This document shows positions 33,308 through 44,480 of a stretch of DNA of 64,000 nucleotides, piece after piece (the stretch's first letter is position 1; every line of letters starts with the position of its first letter). The DNA is from Naegleria gruberi (taxonomy: Eukaryota). The notes beneath the pieces are model-generated. The model was not told where the DNA came from, ran no database searches, and was given only the letters and a program-made list of their open reading frames with translations. The position numbers were made by a program, and so were the translations under genes. The stretch lies in assembly GCA_000004985.1 (NCBI GenBank), contig GG738906.1, one strand, 5' to 3'.

Positions 33308-35218
33308 ATGTCAGTTGCCAAAAGCCCCACTAAAAAATTAAAATTTATTTGCTCTACTTCGTGTTCGGGACAAGAGCAAGAACGTGAACTTCTTGGACAC
33401 TATGAAAATGTAGAAACAAATGATAGAAGATTATTAAAAAAGAAGAGACAAGTTGATGAAACAATGGTACAACCATTGGAAGCTTCTCTACATCAACAAC
33501 AAACAGAAATAATTCTTGATGCTACATCAGCTGATCATCAAAATAATCAAACCGATACAATAATAGGAAATGATATTGGAAAGCCAACAAATTTCAAAAG
33601 AGGTATTCACATTGCCATTGATCATGAAAATGGAATTTTAAAAGGTTTGTTTAAAATAATAATCATCTCTCTTACACTTTCACCTCTTTGAAACCCTACT
33701 CTCTATATATACACACACAAACTAATCATATATTTCTATTTTATATATACACACTCTGTGCTCATATATAGGTGTTCCTGAACAATGGAGAGCCAAAGTT
33801 GGTGATGCACACTCATATGACAATTATCGTAAAATGACTGAAGATGAACCAATTGCACCTTATTTAATTCCCGATTTAGATCTAAATGCCGATTCCAAGA
33901 AGAAGAAGAATGATACAACAAGAACAACAACAACAGCACTTATTATTTCTGAACCACGTGAATTTACACATCACATTCATGTTGATTATAACCCTGAAAC
34001 TGGGTTTACTGGTTTACCAGATACTTGGAAAGAGATTTTAACTTCTGGTGTTAATGCAGGTCAAATTACAGTTGACGATGTTATGAATAATAAGGAAGAT
34101 GCATTAAGAATTGCAGAGGTAAGTTTAATTTCAACACGTAATTATATTATCATTTTTCAATGAATAATAATTTATTACACATATTTATTACAGTTTATTG
34201 ACAGTGGAATGACATTAGCACCTCTTAAAATTGATAAATTTCAAGGAGTCAAACAAAAAAGATTACCTGATTTTATTTCAATTGAAGATCCAACAAAGAT
34301 TTTTGAAAACATGATGCCAATAGATGAAGGATCAACAGGTGTTGTCATGATTGGAACTCACATCAAAACAGGATTGAAATGTGCATTGAAAAAAATTGAA
34401 ATTCAACAAACAACGAAATTGGAAGCTCTAGAAAATGAATTAACAATGATGGAATCATGTAAACATAATAATATTGTAGCATATATGGGAGCTTATCAAC
34501 ACAATAGTCATTTGTGGATTTCAATGGAACTTATGGACTGTGGGAAATTAACTGATCTCATCTATAAAACTATTCTAAGAGAGGATGAGATTGCATACGT
34601 TTTGAGAGAGACACTCAAAGCTTTGAAATATTTACACGACAATAACAAAATGCATAGAGATATTAAGAGTGATAACATTCTTGTTAACTCAAAAGGTGAA
34701 ATTAAATTAGCAGATTTTGGATTTTGTGTCGAGTTGAGTACCAAGAAGGAAAAACACAAGAGTACCGTAGGTACACCATTTTGGATGGTAAGTTATTCTC
34801 TTTTTTTTTCAAAATTCATACAAGTATCTATTAGGCTCCAGAAGGTTAGTTTCTTATTATTTATAACACTGTATCAAATTTCAAAAAAATAGTAATAAGA
34901 GCCATCGAGTATGGTCCTAATGTTGATATTTGGAGCTTGGGTATTATGGCTTTAGAAATGGCAGAAGGTGAGCCTCCTCTTATTGAACTTCCTGTTCTTA
35001 GGGCACTGTTTATAATTGCAACCCAAGGCCCACCAACATTAAAGGAACCACACAAATGGTCAGCCAATTTTAGTGACTTTTTATCAAGATGTTTGGTTAA
35101 GGATCCTATGGAGAGAGCATCATCCTCAGAATTATTGGAACACCCATTTTTAAAGATTGCTTGTGAACCACAAAAGATGGCCGACTTGATGAAAAAGTAT
35201 CACTTGTCAAAACACTAA
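33308..35218 (+). CDS. p21-activated kinase (PAK/STE20 family) with two CRIB motifs. Exons 33308..33644, 33772..34118, 34194..34787, 34835..34844 (10-nt micro-exon), 34893..35218
   Basis: CRIB 1 is [23 protein letters not shown]|GVPEQW and CRIB 2 is [32 protein letters not shown]. The kinase carries GSTGVVMIG…[21 protein letters not shown] and GTPFWM|APE|[17 protein letters not shown]. The APE codons come from the micro-exon GCTCCAGAAG, between TCTATTAG| and |GTTAGT. Confidence 0.8.
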
Positions 35219-35277
35219 TGTATTTTTAATGTAAATTATGTCAGAAAACTATCCAACAAGTTCATTTTACAAAAGTT

Positions 35278-38200
35278 TTACATATTTGCTTTCTTTGAGG
35301 ACACCAATCTTCCCTCTGACCAAACTTCGTCAAAGGACATGGAAAGTGTTTTTGAGTTTGGTGTTGCCAACCTTTTTTCTACATTATCTTTTGTTTCTAA
35401 TATTCCTACCCCGTGCTTTTTTCCTTTAAACCACTCCCCTCTATATTTAACTCCTGATGATAGCCCTTCAAAGAAGTAAATTCCCTTTCCTTGCTTTTGG
35501 TCGTTCACCCATTCACCATCATAAATATCACCATTGGCATAGGTAAAAGTTCCATGGCCTTGTCTCTTTCCGTCAACCACTTCTCCTTCATAGACACCTT
35601 CGAGATAAGTAATGATAGCCTTACCAGTTTGTTTATCCTTAGCCCACTCTCCTTCATACTTTGTAACACCATCTCCATAAGTTAAGGTACCTTCACCATG
35701 TCTACATCCTTTTTCGAATTCACCACAATATACAGAACCATCCCTAAAAGTAAATGTTCCCTTGCCATCTGGGAAATTATCAACAAAGTTGCCTTCATAC
35801 TTGTCACCAAGAGAAGTGTATTCAATTATTGCTTGTCCATTTTTTTTATCTTTCTCCCAATCACCAACGTGTGTGTAATTTGGAGTAAAATAATAGCCTT
35901 GCCCATGCCTATTATCGTCCAAGAGTTCCCCAGTATAGACAGATCCATCTGGATACTCTATTCTACCATAACCTGATTTTTTACCATTTACCCAAGAACC
36001 GTCATATGTTAGATCCGAACCTTTGTAAAAACCTTTACCATTAGGTTGACCTTTTCTGTCTAGTTCTCCACTATATTGTCCTTTTGCAAAATTAATATCT
36101 CCTCTAATAGGAGAGCTTGGTTCCTCCGCTATCTCATTTATCTGTGCTGCACTTTGATTGCCTTCTGTTGCACTATCATTTTCCTTATTAGCATCTGCTA
36201 ATATTTCTGCTTTTGGGGATTCTTTTTTTTCTGGTGTAATTGACTCAAGTTGATTAGTTTCATCATTAGAGGAGTTAGTTTGCAATGGTGTTAAATCTGT
36301 TGAGGCAGAAGGGGATAATGATTTTGGATATGTTATTTTTAAATTTGAATATTCTGGAGGAGGAGATAGTTGAGATTTTCTATTACTCTCCTCTTCGTCA
36401 TCATCCTTAATTAAAAGATTCCACTTTTTTGGAGATTCAAACGCTTTAAGAGTATCCTTGTTTTGTTTAAATCCGAGTTTGTGTTTTTTCTTTTTTTCTT
36501 GATTAAGTGATTTAAGTCTGGATGCAATAGGGGATTCGCTCCTTGAAAAATCTTCCTTAGTTAGTTTAGGGCTCTCATAAACAGGCATTTCAAGCCTGGT
36601 ATTAAGCATCTTTTCAAATGTGGTCTCCTCTTCGCTCTCTTCTGTTATTGGTGTATCTATAATATCACTACCATCAATATTATCAAAAGAAGTATCTGCA
36701 ATAATTTGTACAACGTCCTTAGGTCTTTCAGAAAAGACTGTTTGTGAAATATCATCTACTACATCATTTTCTTCCCCGTAACTAGATTCTGAAGAATCGG
36801 AATCATCCCCCGATGAGTTTGATGAAGACAAAATTGCTTTTGATGATTCCGAGTCTACTTCTTTTGCAACATTGGGTTTGCTTTCCTCTTGATTGGCATA
36901 ATGTGGAGGCTCATCAAATTCCTTAAGCGTTTTTTTGGAGGCTTCCATAGATGGTTCTTTTGCAGAGCGTTGTGCAGCACTATCAATGCCATTTGTTTTT
37001 TCTAGCTCAGTTGTGATTGGATAGAACGGTTCCTTTTTAGTTGCAGCATTAGAGATGTTTTGGATTTCGTTAGAGTGCAAGTTTTCATCATAGGTTTTGA
37101 GTTCCTCATCATCTGAAGAGGAGGAATCATTACTTGGTCCCTCATTGCTAAAGACAGAGTTTGAAATTTCGTCTTTTGGAGACTCATTCTTTGCTTCATT
37201 AGGATGTGTAAATTGTTCAATTGGAATAGACTTGGGAATGATTAAATCTTCATTCATTTTAGCATTTCTAGAATCACTTACATCCTTTACTTTTTCTAAA
37301 TAAATTGTTGGCTCTTCTTTATGTTCCTTGCTTGGCACATATGTAGGGCAATTTTCTGTTAATAAGGGTTTGTTTTCAATACTTGAGCGGTCTGAATTGA
37401 CATCTTCTTGTGTCTGGTTATTTTGTTCCTGAACAACTTGTTTGGCAGGGTTAGGAGTCCTAGGACTGGAAGCTTCTCCCTTCTCAATTTCAGTAATATC
37501 TTGCTGAGAAATAGAAGTAACTTTTTGTTTAGACTGATCAGGATTAATTACTGAGTGAGATTGAATCTCTTCCGTAGCTGATTGGTTCTCCATAGAGCTT
37601 GGTTGTTGTGTTTCATCAGTTTGTTCCGAATGTTGTTTAACATCCATCAGATGGTTATGTTCATTAATTGATGTGTTTTTGGTTGAAAGGTATGTTTCTT
37701 GGGCTTGGGTTGAATTAATTACTGGATCTTGTCTTGATTCCTTTCTTGGTTTTGAGTCATCGAACGACATGGAGGCAACTTCGTGGTGAATGATTTGTTT
37801 TTCATCCTCAGATAGGTCGCTTGGTAACTCTGACAATGAATCAAGATCTAAATTTTGCGGTATATGGTTTTCTGAGCTTGAAGACTTACTCTCAGGTTCT
37901 TGCAATGAAACTTCCACTACTGTGGAAACTTTGTTCTTCTCTTGCAGATGTTCATCTTCGTTAATTGATACAGGAGGATCTTGTTTGACTTGAGGAGAGG
38001 AAGAATGGCTTTTAGCCTCAACAATTTTTAAAGTCTTTTCTTTTAACTTTTCAAAATTAGTTTTTGGTTTTGGTTGTGGAATTTCAGGTTCTGAAACAAT
38101 AGGATGTCCTACCCTTTCAGTATCTTGAGCTAGTGGTTCGTTGCATATATTCTCTTCCTCTGTTGAATAATCGCTCTCAGATGTAGATTCGCCATTGATA

Positions 38201-39810
38201 GCATCTTCATCTGTGATAGATTCCGAAGAATCAGAGATGATATTTTTCTTTGAATCTGTTTGAACAACAGGAGCAGACTGAGTTCCAGAGGAGACTTTAG
38301 ATGAGTTTTGTTTTTCAACTGGTGGATCAGATTGTTCTGTAGGCGATCTAGATGTTGGTTTCGAATGGAGAGGGATTGGTTTCGTTTCCTCCTCAATCTC
38401 TTCTATTTTACATACAGTTTCCTCCTCTCTAACAGGTTCCTCATAAATAATCTCAATACCCTTATATTGTTCAGATCTTGATTTTCTAGGTTCTTCAATG
38501 GTAATTTCATCTTGGTTTTCGAAATAGGTTTCATCAATATATTTGGACATGTCATCACTTTGAGATTTTACTGTCTTTTCCTTGTGAGTTGGTTTTTTGG
38601 GAATGGATTCCTTCTTTTTTGATTTTTTAGGTTCCTTCTTATTCTTGTTATATTTCTTTTTGTTTTGAGCTTCAGCAATGCTAATTGTGCTTCTGTTGCT
38701 GGTGGTAGGCTCTACTTGAGCTGAAGTTTGTAAATCACTATTTTTCTTTCTATTCTTTTTCTTTTTTGGTTTTTCAAGAGATTCTGAAGCTACTCTCATT
38801 GGAAGGTTTGGGACATATTCATATCGTTGATTTATCCATTCATCATCAAGTTTTTCTTCGTCTTTTTTTGAGATAACTTCAACAATGATTTCGTCTTCAT
38901 CAGTGCTTGTCAATGTTTCTTCAGCAATAGTAACTGTTCCCTTATCTCTTATTTTTACAATTCTCCTGGGATACATATCATCAGATTCCACATTTGGTAT
39001 GTAAGATTCTGGTTCAACAGGATCTGTTTGAGTGCTTGCATCGATTTCAAAATCTGGAGTTTGAGTTTGAACCTCTCTTTCATTCAAAGTTTGTCTAACA
39101 AGAAAAACTTCTTGCGAGGTTCTGTCGTAAACTACATCTACACTTGGCGATTTGAATCCTTGTTTGATCGCCTCTTTCATCAATTCAACTTCCTTAGCAT
39201 CCCCATGAATACGCTTCCCAAACATATTATCAATGACAGGAGGAATTTCTGTTCCTCTGGAATAAAGCTTAGTTTTGGAATAAATGAGACTCGGGTTAAT
39301 ATCTATTGATGTTTTCACCATTGCGTTTTTTCCTTGTTCAGCAACTTGCTGTTTCTTTTTCCTTTCTTCATCTTCCTCTCTCTGTGATATATAACTCATA
39401 TATTCTTGGGAGTGAAAAGTTGGTTTATCGGTAGGGTGATGAGAATCTACAAGTGGTTTGTAGGAAGAACCAGAAGAGAAAAACTTTTCTTTTAGTGGTG
39501 ACGAAATGGAAGGAAGTGTAAGGGAGAGCTCGGCTTGTCTCGATCTTAACGACTCATCAAAGGTGCTCACGTTTGAGTTTGGTGTATTCAAAGAACTCTT
39601 TGGCAAACTTGTTTTTGAGCCAGTAGTACTAAAACTAGAAAAGGGAGAATTTAAAATCGAAGAAAATGAAGGTGATAAATCCAATCTAGGTGGAGCAAAA
39701 TAAGATGATTCCTTCTTTCTTAAAATGTCATCCCTATTGTTCGTTGACGAGGAAAACGTTGAAAAGGGGGACGAAAAAGAAGGAGAGGAGAACTGATAGT
39801 CTCTGCTCAT
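35278..39810 (-). CDS. MORN-repeat protein, 1510 aa, with an ~1200-aa S/E/K-rich disordered N-terminal region; single exon
   Basis: The C-terminal ~250 aa hold about 9 MORN repeats (YDGSWVNGKKSGYGRIEYPDGSVYTGEL…, YEGEWAKDKQTGKAIITYLEGVYEGEVVDGKRQGHGTFTYANGDIYDGEWVNDQKQGKGIYFF). There are no stops in 4.5 kb. Confidence 0.7.
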   Translation of the reverse strand: MSRDYQFSSPSFSSPFSTFSSSTNNRDDILRKKESSYFAPPRLDLSPSFSSILNSPFSSFSTTGSKTSLPKSSLNTPNSNVSTFDESLRSRQAELSLTLPSISSPLKEKFFSSGSSYKPLVDSHHPTDKPTFHSQEYMSYISQREEDEERKKKQQVAEQGKNAMVKTSIDINPSLIYSKTKLYSRGTEIPPVIDNMFGKRIHGDAKEVELMKEAIKQGFKSPSVDVVYDRTSQEVFLVRQTLNEREVQTQTPDFEIDASTQTDPVEPESYIPNVESDDMYPRRIVKIRDKGTVTIAEETLTSTDEDEIIVEVISKKDEEKLDDEWINQRYEYVPNLPMRVASESLEKPKKKKNRKKNSDLQTSAQVEPTTSNRSTISIAEAQNKKKYNKNKKEPKKSKKKESIPKKPTHKEKTVKSQSDDMSKYIDETYFENQDEITIEEPRKSRSEQYKGIEIIYEEPVREEETVCKIEEIEEETKPIPLHSKPTSRSPTEQSDPPVEKQNSSKVSSGTQSAPVVQTDSKKNIISDSSESITDEDAINGESTSESDYSTEEENICNEPLAQDTERVGHPIVSEPEIPQPKPKTNFEKLKEKTLKIVEAKSHSSSPQVKQDPPVSINEDEHLQEKNKVSTVVEVSLQEPESKSSSSENHIPQNLDLDSLSELPSDLSEDEKQIIHHEVASMSFDDSKPRKESRQDPVINSTQAQETYLSTKNTSINEHNHLMDVKQHSEQTDETQQPSSMENQSATEEIQSHSVINPDQSKQKVTSISQQDITEIEKGEASSPRTPNPAKQVVQEQNNQTQEDVNSDRSSIENKPLLTENCPTYVPSKEHKEEPTIYLEKVKDVSDSRNAKMNEDLIIPKSIPIEQFTHPNEAKNESPKDEISNSVFSNEGPSNDSSSSDDEELKTYDENLHSNEIQNISNAATKKEPFYPITTELEKTNGIDSAAQRSAKEPSMEASKKTLKEFDEPPHYANQEESKPNVAKEVDSESSKAILSSSNSSGDDSDSSESSYGEENDVVDDISQTVFSERPKDVVQIIADTSFDNIDGSDIIDTPITEESEEETTFEKMLNTRLEMPVYESPKLTKEDFSRSESPIASRLKSLNQEKKKKHKLGFKQNKDTLKAFESPKKWNLLIKDDDEEESNRKSQLSPPPEYSNLKITYPKSLSPSASTDLTPLQTNSSNDETNQLESITPEKKESPKAEILADANKENDSATEGNQSAAQINEIAEEPSSPIRGDINFAKGQYSGELDRKGQPNGKGFYKGSDLTYDGSWVNGKKSGYGRIEYPDGSVYTGELLDDNRHGQGYYFTPNYTHVGDWEKDKKNGQAIIEYTSLGDKYEGNFVDNFPDGKGTFTFRDGSVYCGEFEKGCRHGEGTLTYGDGVTKYEGEWAKDKQTGKAIITYLEGVYEGEVVDGKRQGHGTFTYANGDIYDGEWVNDQKQGKGIYFFEGLSSGVKYRGEWFKGKKHGVGILETKDNVEKRLATPNSKTLSMSFDEVWSEGRLVSSKKANM

Positions 39811-40010
39811 TTTTTTGGATAATATTAAGGTTAGTGGTGCTCCTTGTACGGCTACTATTGGCGCAAAATTGAAACTTAAAATTATTAATACAAATTATTA
39901 AAAAAAATATTACGTTAAAAAAGTCACAACAAGATTAAATTGATTCTAATGGATAATTATTAATCATCAAATATTAATTATTAATTATCTATCAACAGTC
40001 ATTTAAAATT

Positions 40011-42776
40011 ATGATAAACTCAGCCACTGAAGAAGAGGAGGAGGAATACATTTTAGCCAACTCGGACACACCCACAAATGTTAGGAGGAGAAGACTATGG
40101 GCTATTCCAAGTCCTTCCTTAGGTATTTCACCATCTGCACGTTGGGGTCACTGCTCTGTGTTATTGCACCATCACAATATAAATTCTTTCCATCCAACTT
40201 TAATGATATTTGGAGGATTTGATGGTTCGAACATGTTGAATGACATACACCTCTTTGATTCTGTTACCAACACTTGGAGTCAACCATCTAAAACGTTTGG
40301 AACAATACCATCAGCAAGATCTGGACATTCCACAACACTATTGACAAAAGAGAAAGGGAAAATATTATTGATTGGAGGAGGTAATGGCGTCCATTATTTA
40401 GCAGATTTAGTTCTACTTGAAGTTGTTAGCGAGGAAGATGAAGAATGGAAGAAGGAATCACAATTATTAGGTAATAATTCAGGAATTAAATGTATGAATA
40501 TGTTTAGATGGTCTCGACCTAAAGTATCAAGTCGTGTTAGAGTTTACATTTCTGATGATGACATTATTCTAACAGAGGAACAGTTTCAAAAGTTACAAGA
40601 GGAAATTAACAATAGTAAGAATAACCCTTCTGAAATATCGGAAGATGATCAAAACCCACTTGTTTCATCGAAGGTTGTTGAACAGTATATTAAAGCAAAT
40701 CAATCTGGAACAACAGAAGATTTGATTGGTTTTGGAAATCCATCACATCACGAACAATTAGATTCTCTAAATTTTACTATGAAAGAAATATATCCAGCTC
40801 CTAGAAGCAGACATACAGCCGTTGCTACTGAAGATGGCAGCAAAGTTATTGTATTTGGTGGTGGTGGTAAAAATCGAATTTTTGATGATGTATGGGTATT
40901 TCATGTACAGGAAATGGAATGGAGTCAACCTCAAGATTCTACAAATAAGCCTTGCCCAAGATGGGGTCACTCTGCTTGTATACATTCAGGTAAAATGTTT
41001 GTGTATGGTGGAGTTTTCAAGTCAAGCATGTTGAATGATTTATATTCTCTAGATTTGAATACCTTTGTTTGGACTAAAATTGAATTACCAACTTCAGATC
41101 CCATTCCTTCTCCAAGAGCAGCTCATACTGCCAACTTGGTTCTCGGTAGATATTTGTTAATTTTATGGGGAGGTGATGATATGAAATATTTGGATGATAT
41201 ATATATTTTTGATCTAAAAACTAATAGTGGAAAGAGAATATCATTTAAAAGTCCAAAAGCAAGATGTGCACATACATCTTGTCTTGTTGATGATAATTAT
41301 CTATTTGTATTTGGAGGAGGAGGAAGCCATCAAAGATTTAAAGAGCTTTATTTGTTCGATATCAAGGCAGCACTTGAAAAGGTTGGAATTTATGAAAATT
41401 TTGGATATGAATCTGATGATGAGTTTGAAGAAAATTTCAGTACCGATTTTTCAGATTATCTATGCCTTTCTCAATATTTGGATAAAGCCTCTCAATCATT
41501 CTTGGAGGTGAGGAGCGATATAAAAGTAGAAGGAAATGTTAATAATTTGGAGGAGAGATCCGAAAACACTCCTAACGTAACTGGAGACCCTAATATACCC
41601 TCGAGTGCAACATCTGTCTCTTCTGGAAAATCATCAAAAACAAGAAGAAAGAGATCCAGTTCAAAGAAAAAAACTTTGAGTAATATTTCAAATGGTAGTA
41701 TTTCTAATGATATGATGGCTTTCAGTAGTAAGGATATTAAGGAAGTAACCAATTGGTTAGTTAACTTGGGTCTAGGTAGATATGCAAATATGTTTGTACA
41801 AGAGGAAATAGATTTAGAGTGTATACCACTTCTTACTGACACAGACTTATTCAAACTTGGAATTTCTAAATTCGGTCCAAGAAAGAAAATTCTAGACGCT
41901 GCAAAGAAAATTACAAAATCATCTGAATCCGAGTCGGCTAACCACCACATTCATTCTAGGTCAACAAGTAATTTAAGTGAGACGTTACATTTGGAAAATA
42001 ACTCTCATGCCATTATTCAAAGTATGAGCTCTCTGAATATTACCTGTGACGGTATTAAGGATACTCTAAAATCACTTTCCTCAAACATATCAAATCTCAC
42101 ACTCATTCTGTCTAACCCATTCTATGGTTTTAGACATCCAACAGCTGTTGCTATTTCAATGCATAACAATACTAATACCTCATTTTCAAATGGAATTCCT
42201 ACAAATGTTCCACCCCAGCCTTCAACCCCTTCTACATCTACAAACAGTCAACCACCACTTTCACCTAGACAATCCAATTACTCTGTATCAATGTTTAATC
42301 AAAATATTCCACCTCCACCACCTAATCTTAGTCCAGTGTTTATTTCAAGACCCAGAAACACATCAGCTGTTGTGACTCCAATAGCTACATCCACTAGTAC
42401 ACCATTCAAAAGAAGTAATCCTAATTCTACTAGTAATAGTATCCTCATTCCAACCAAAGAATACCCAAATAGTTCAGCCATAAAATCTGATTCCAATTCT
42501 TCTTCTTTTGGAGGAAATATGGTTGAACCACAATATTCCCCAATATCACCCCCTCTTACTGGTATTGTTCCAATACCCCCACCTCCAACTAATGTACCAA
42601 TTCTGAAAAAGAAACGTAAACGAAAACCAAGGAAAAATGGAACATTCTCACAACAATCAAAAGATTTTGAAAACACCAATGATGAATCTCCTGAATTACC
42701 GTCTTTCTCAGCAGGAGAAAGTTGGTTTGATGTGACAGAAAAAGATTTAGAACAAGATTCAGAAAATGAAAATTAA
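40011..42776 (+). CDS. Kelch-repeat beta-propeller protein with a C-terminal SAM domain and a P/S/T-rich tail
   Basis: Kelch-like repeats in the N-terminal 450 aa (SARWGHCSVLL…IFGGFDG; SARSGHSTTLL; PRSRHTAVATEDGSKVIVFGGGG; CPRWGHSACIHSGKMFVYGG). SAM-like region IKEVTNWLVNLGLGRYANMFVQEEIDLECIPLLTDTDLFKLGISKFGPRKKILDAAKKI. Confidence 0.65.
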   Translation: MINSATEEEEEEYILANSDTPTNVRRRRLWAIPSPSLGISPSARWGHCSVLLHHHNINSFHPTLMIFGGFDGSNMLNDIHLFDSVTNTWSQPSKTFGTIPSARSGHSTTLLTKEKGKILLIGGGNGVHYLADLVLLEVVSEEDEEWKKESQLLGNNSGIKCMNMFRWSRPKVSSRVRVYISDDDIILTEEQFQKLQEEINNSKNNPSEISEDDQNPLVSSKVVEQYIKANQSGTTEDLIGFGNPSHHEQLDSLNFTMKEIYPAPRSRHTAVATEDGSKVIVFGGGGKNRIFDDVWVFHVQEMEWSQPQDSTNKPCPRWGHSACIHSGKMFVYGGVFKSSMLNDLYSLDLNTFVWTKIELPTSDPIPSPRAAHTANLVLGRYLLILWGGDDMKYLDDIYIFDLKTNSGKRISFKSPKARCAHTSCLVDDNYLFVFGGGGSHQRFKELYLFDIKAALEKVGIYENFGYESDDEFEENFSTDFSDYLCLSQYLDKASQSFLEVRSDIKVEGNVNNLEERSENTPNVTGDPNIPSSATSVSSGKSSKTRRKRSSSKKKTLSNISNGSISNDMMAFSSKDIKEVTNWLVNLGLGRYANMFVQEEIDLECIPLLTDTDLFKLGISKFGPRKKILDAAKKITKSSESESANHHIHSRSTSNLSETLHLENNSHAIIQSMSSLNITCDGIKDTLKSLSSNISNLTLILSNPFYGFRHPTAVAISMHNNTNTSFSNGIPTNVPPQPSTPSTSTNSQPPLSPRQSNYSVSMFNQNIPPPPPNLSPVFISRPRNTSAVVTPIATSTSTPFKRSNPNSTSNSILIPTKEYPNSSAIKSDSNSSSFGGNMVEPQYSPISPPLTGIVPIPPPPTNVPILKKKRKRKPRKNGTFSQQSKDFENTNDESPELPSFSAGESWFDVTEKDLEQDSENEN

Positions 42777-42834
42777 AGATATTGTCATCATTTAATTTTT
42801 TTTAAATTAAAATTTTATTTATATTTTTAAAAAA

Positions 42835-44379
42835 ATGGGTCAAACGACAAGTAGCGGACAAAATACAACCCTACTCACAGCTGGTCACAATCATGCCGGA
42901 CAACTTGTGAGCGAAGATTTTGTTGATCACTATCAGCTGCACAAAGTAAAACTTCCCTTCCCTGATTGGCTTGAAACTGGTAATGCTCTAACAAGAAAAA
43001 TCAAAAAACCAATCACCATCAAAAGAGCCAGTTGTGGTGCTGCTCATATGATACTAAGAACAAACCGATTGAATGATCTTTATGTAGTTGGTAAAAATAG
43101 TGAATTTCAATTGGGTCTTTCTAACAACAAACCTGTAAAAGAATTAACCAAAATCGATACCAACAAATTCTTGTTAAAGAATGAAAAGATCACAGATGTA
43201 TTTGCTGGAACTCTAGTTTCCTATATTATTGCCAGAAAGATTAATCCATCATCCGAAGAGGGTGATTCGATATATTGGTGTGGTTCTCCACCACTACAAA
43301 ATTTATATGTTCATAATGGAACATCCTTAGGACAAGAATCTAACTCTCCTACGGGAGCTTCATCATCTAATAATTCTCAACCAATTTCTAATTTTTCTTT
43401 TATTCGTTGGACACCTGAAGAAGGATGGAAGAAAAACTTTAGAGTTAAATGTTTTGATTGTTCACGTATTGGAGATGATCACTGTATAGTTGTAAATCAA
43501 TATAATCAAATTTTCGGAAGAGGCTCTAATGCCTATCATCAGTAGGTTTTATTTACTATTTGATTTTTTGATAACATTAATAATATTTTAGATACGGAAG
43601 AAATTTTGATGGTCAAAACTTTGAAAGATTGACAGAAATAAAATTAAAGGGATATGAGAAACAACCACCAAATGTAAAATTAGTTGCCTGTGGAGGATTT
43701 CACAGTGTTATAGTATTGCAGAATAATGAGTTTTACTGCTCTGGATTGTAAGTTTAATTTATAGATTTCTCTAATAATTTTTGATAGAAATTGTCACGGA
43801 CAATTGGGTTATGATGTAGAAAAAACTCAGTACGATTTTATTGAACCTCCTAATTTACCATTTAAAGGTAAAGAAATTACCAATGTAGCTCTAGGCTTAT
43901 ATCATACTGTAGTAGTAGTAGAGCATTCAACGATATATGTATGTGGTGATGGACGATATGGACAATTAGGAAATGGAGAAAACAAATCTATTAATCCAGT
44001 GTTTAGTCGTCTTAAATTAGAAGCTGTTTCACCAGTCACAGGTAATTTTATTAGACATATGAATACATTTATAATTGGTGTTTCATGTGGTCTAACTCAT
44101 ACCGTGATTGTTACAAGTGACAGAAAAGTCTGGAGATGTGGAGGAAATGACTTTGGTCAAATATTTTTAAAGAATGAACTTCAAACCTGCAGTTTTAGTG
44201 TAACATTTGAACCGAGATGTGAAATTAATCAAGTTTCGTGTGGTGGTAAATTTACTGCATTATATTTGAGAAAAAGAGTACCAATTTATGCATTTAATAT
44301 TGAAAGACATTTGAATATTTGGGAAGATAAGGAGAATATGAAATCTTATAGTGATATTGTTGTAAAATGTTTGCATTAA
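42835..44379 (+). CDS. RCC1-repeat (regulator of chromosome condensation-like) protein. Exons 42835..43541, 43592..43747, 43788..44379
   Basis: RCC1 signatures CGAAHMILRTN, ACGGFHSVIVLQNNEFYCSG|LNCHGQLGYD and LGLYHTVVVVEHSTIYVCGDGRYGQLGNGE. Introns are GTAGGT…TTTTAG and GTAAGT…TTGATAG, both phase 2. Confidence 0.65.
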
Positions 44380-44480
44380 ATTGAAAAAAGTCCTTTTTTG
44401 TTCTTGCTAATTTTTTAAAGCTGTTTTTCGTATCCAATGCATATCCATCAGTGAACCTCTCACAATCACAATTAAAAAAA

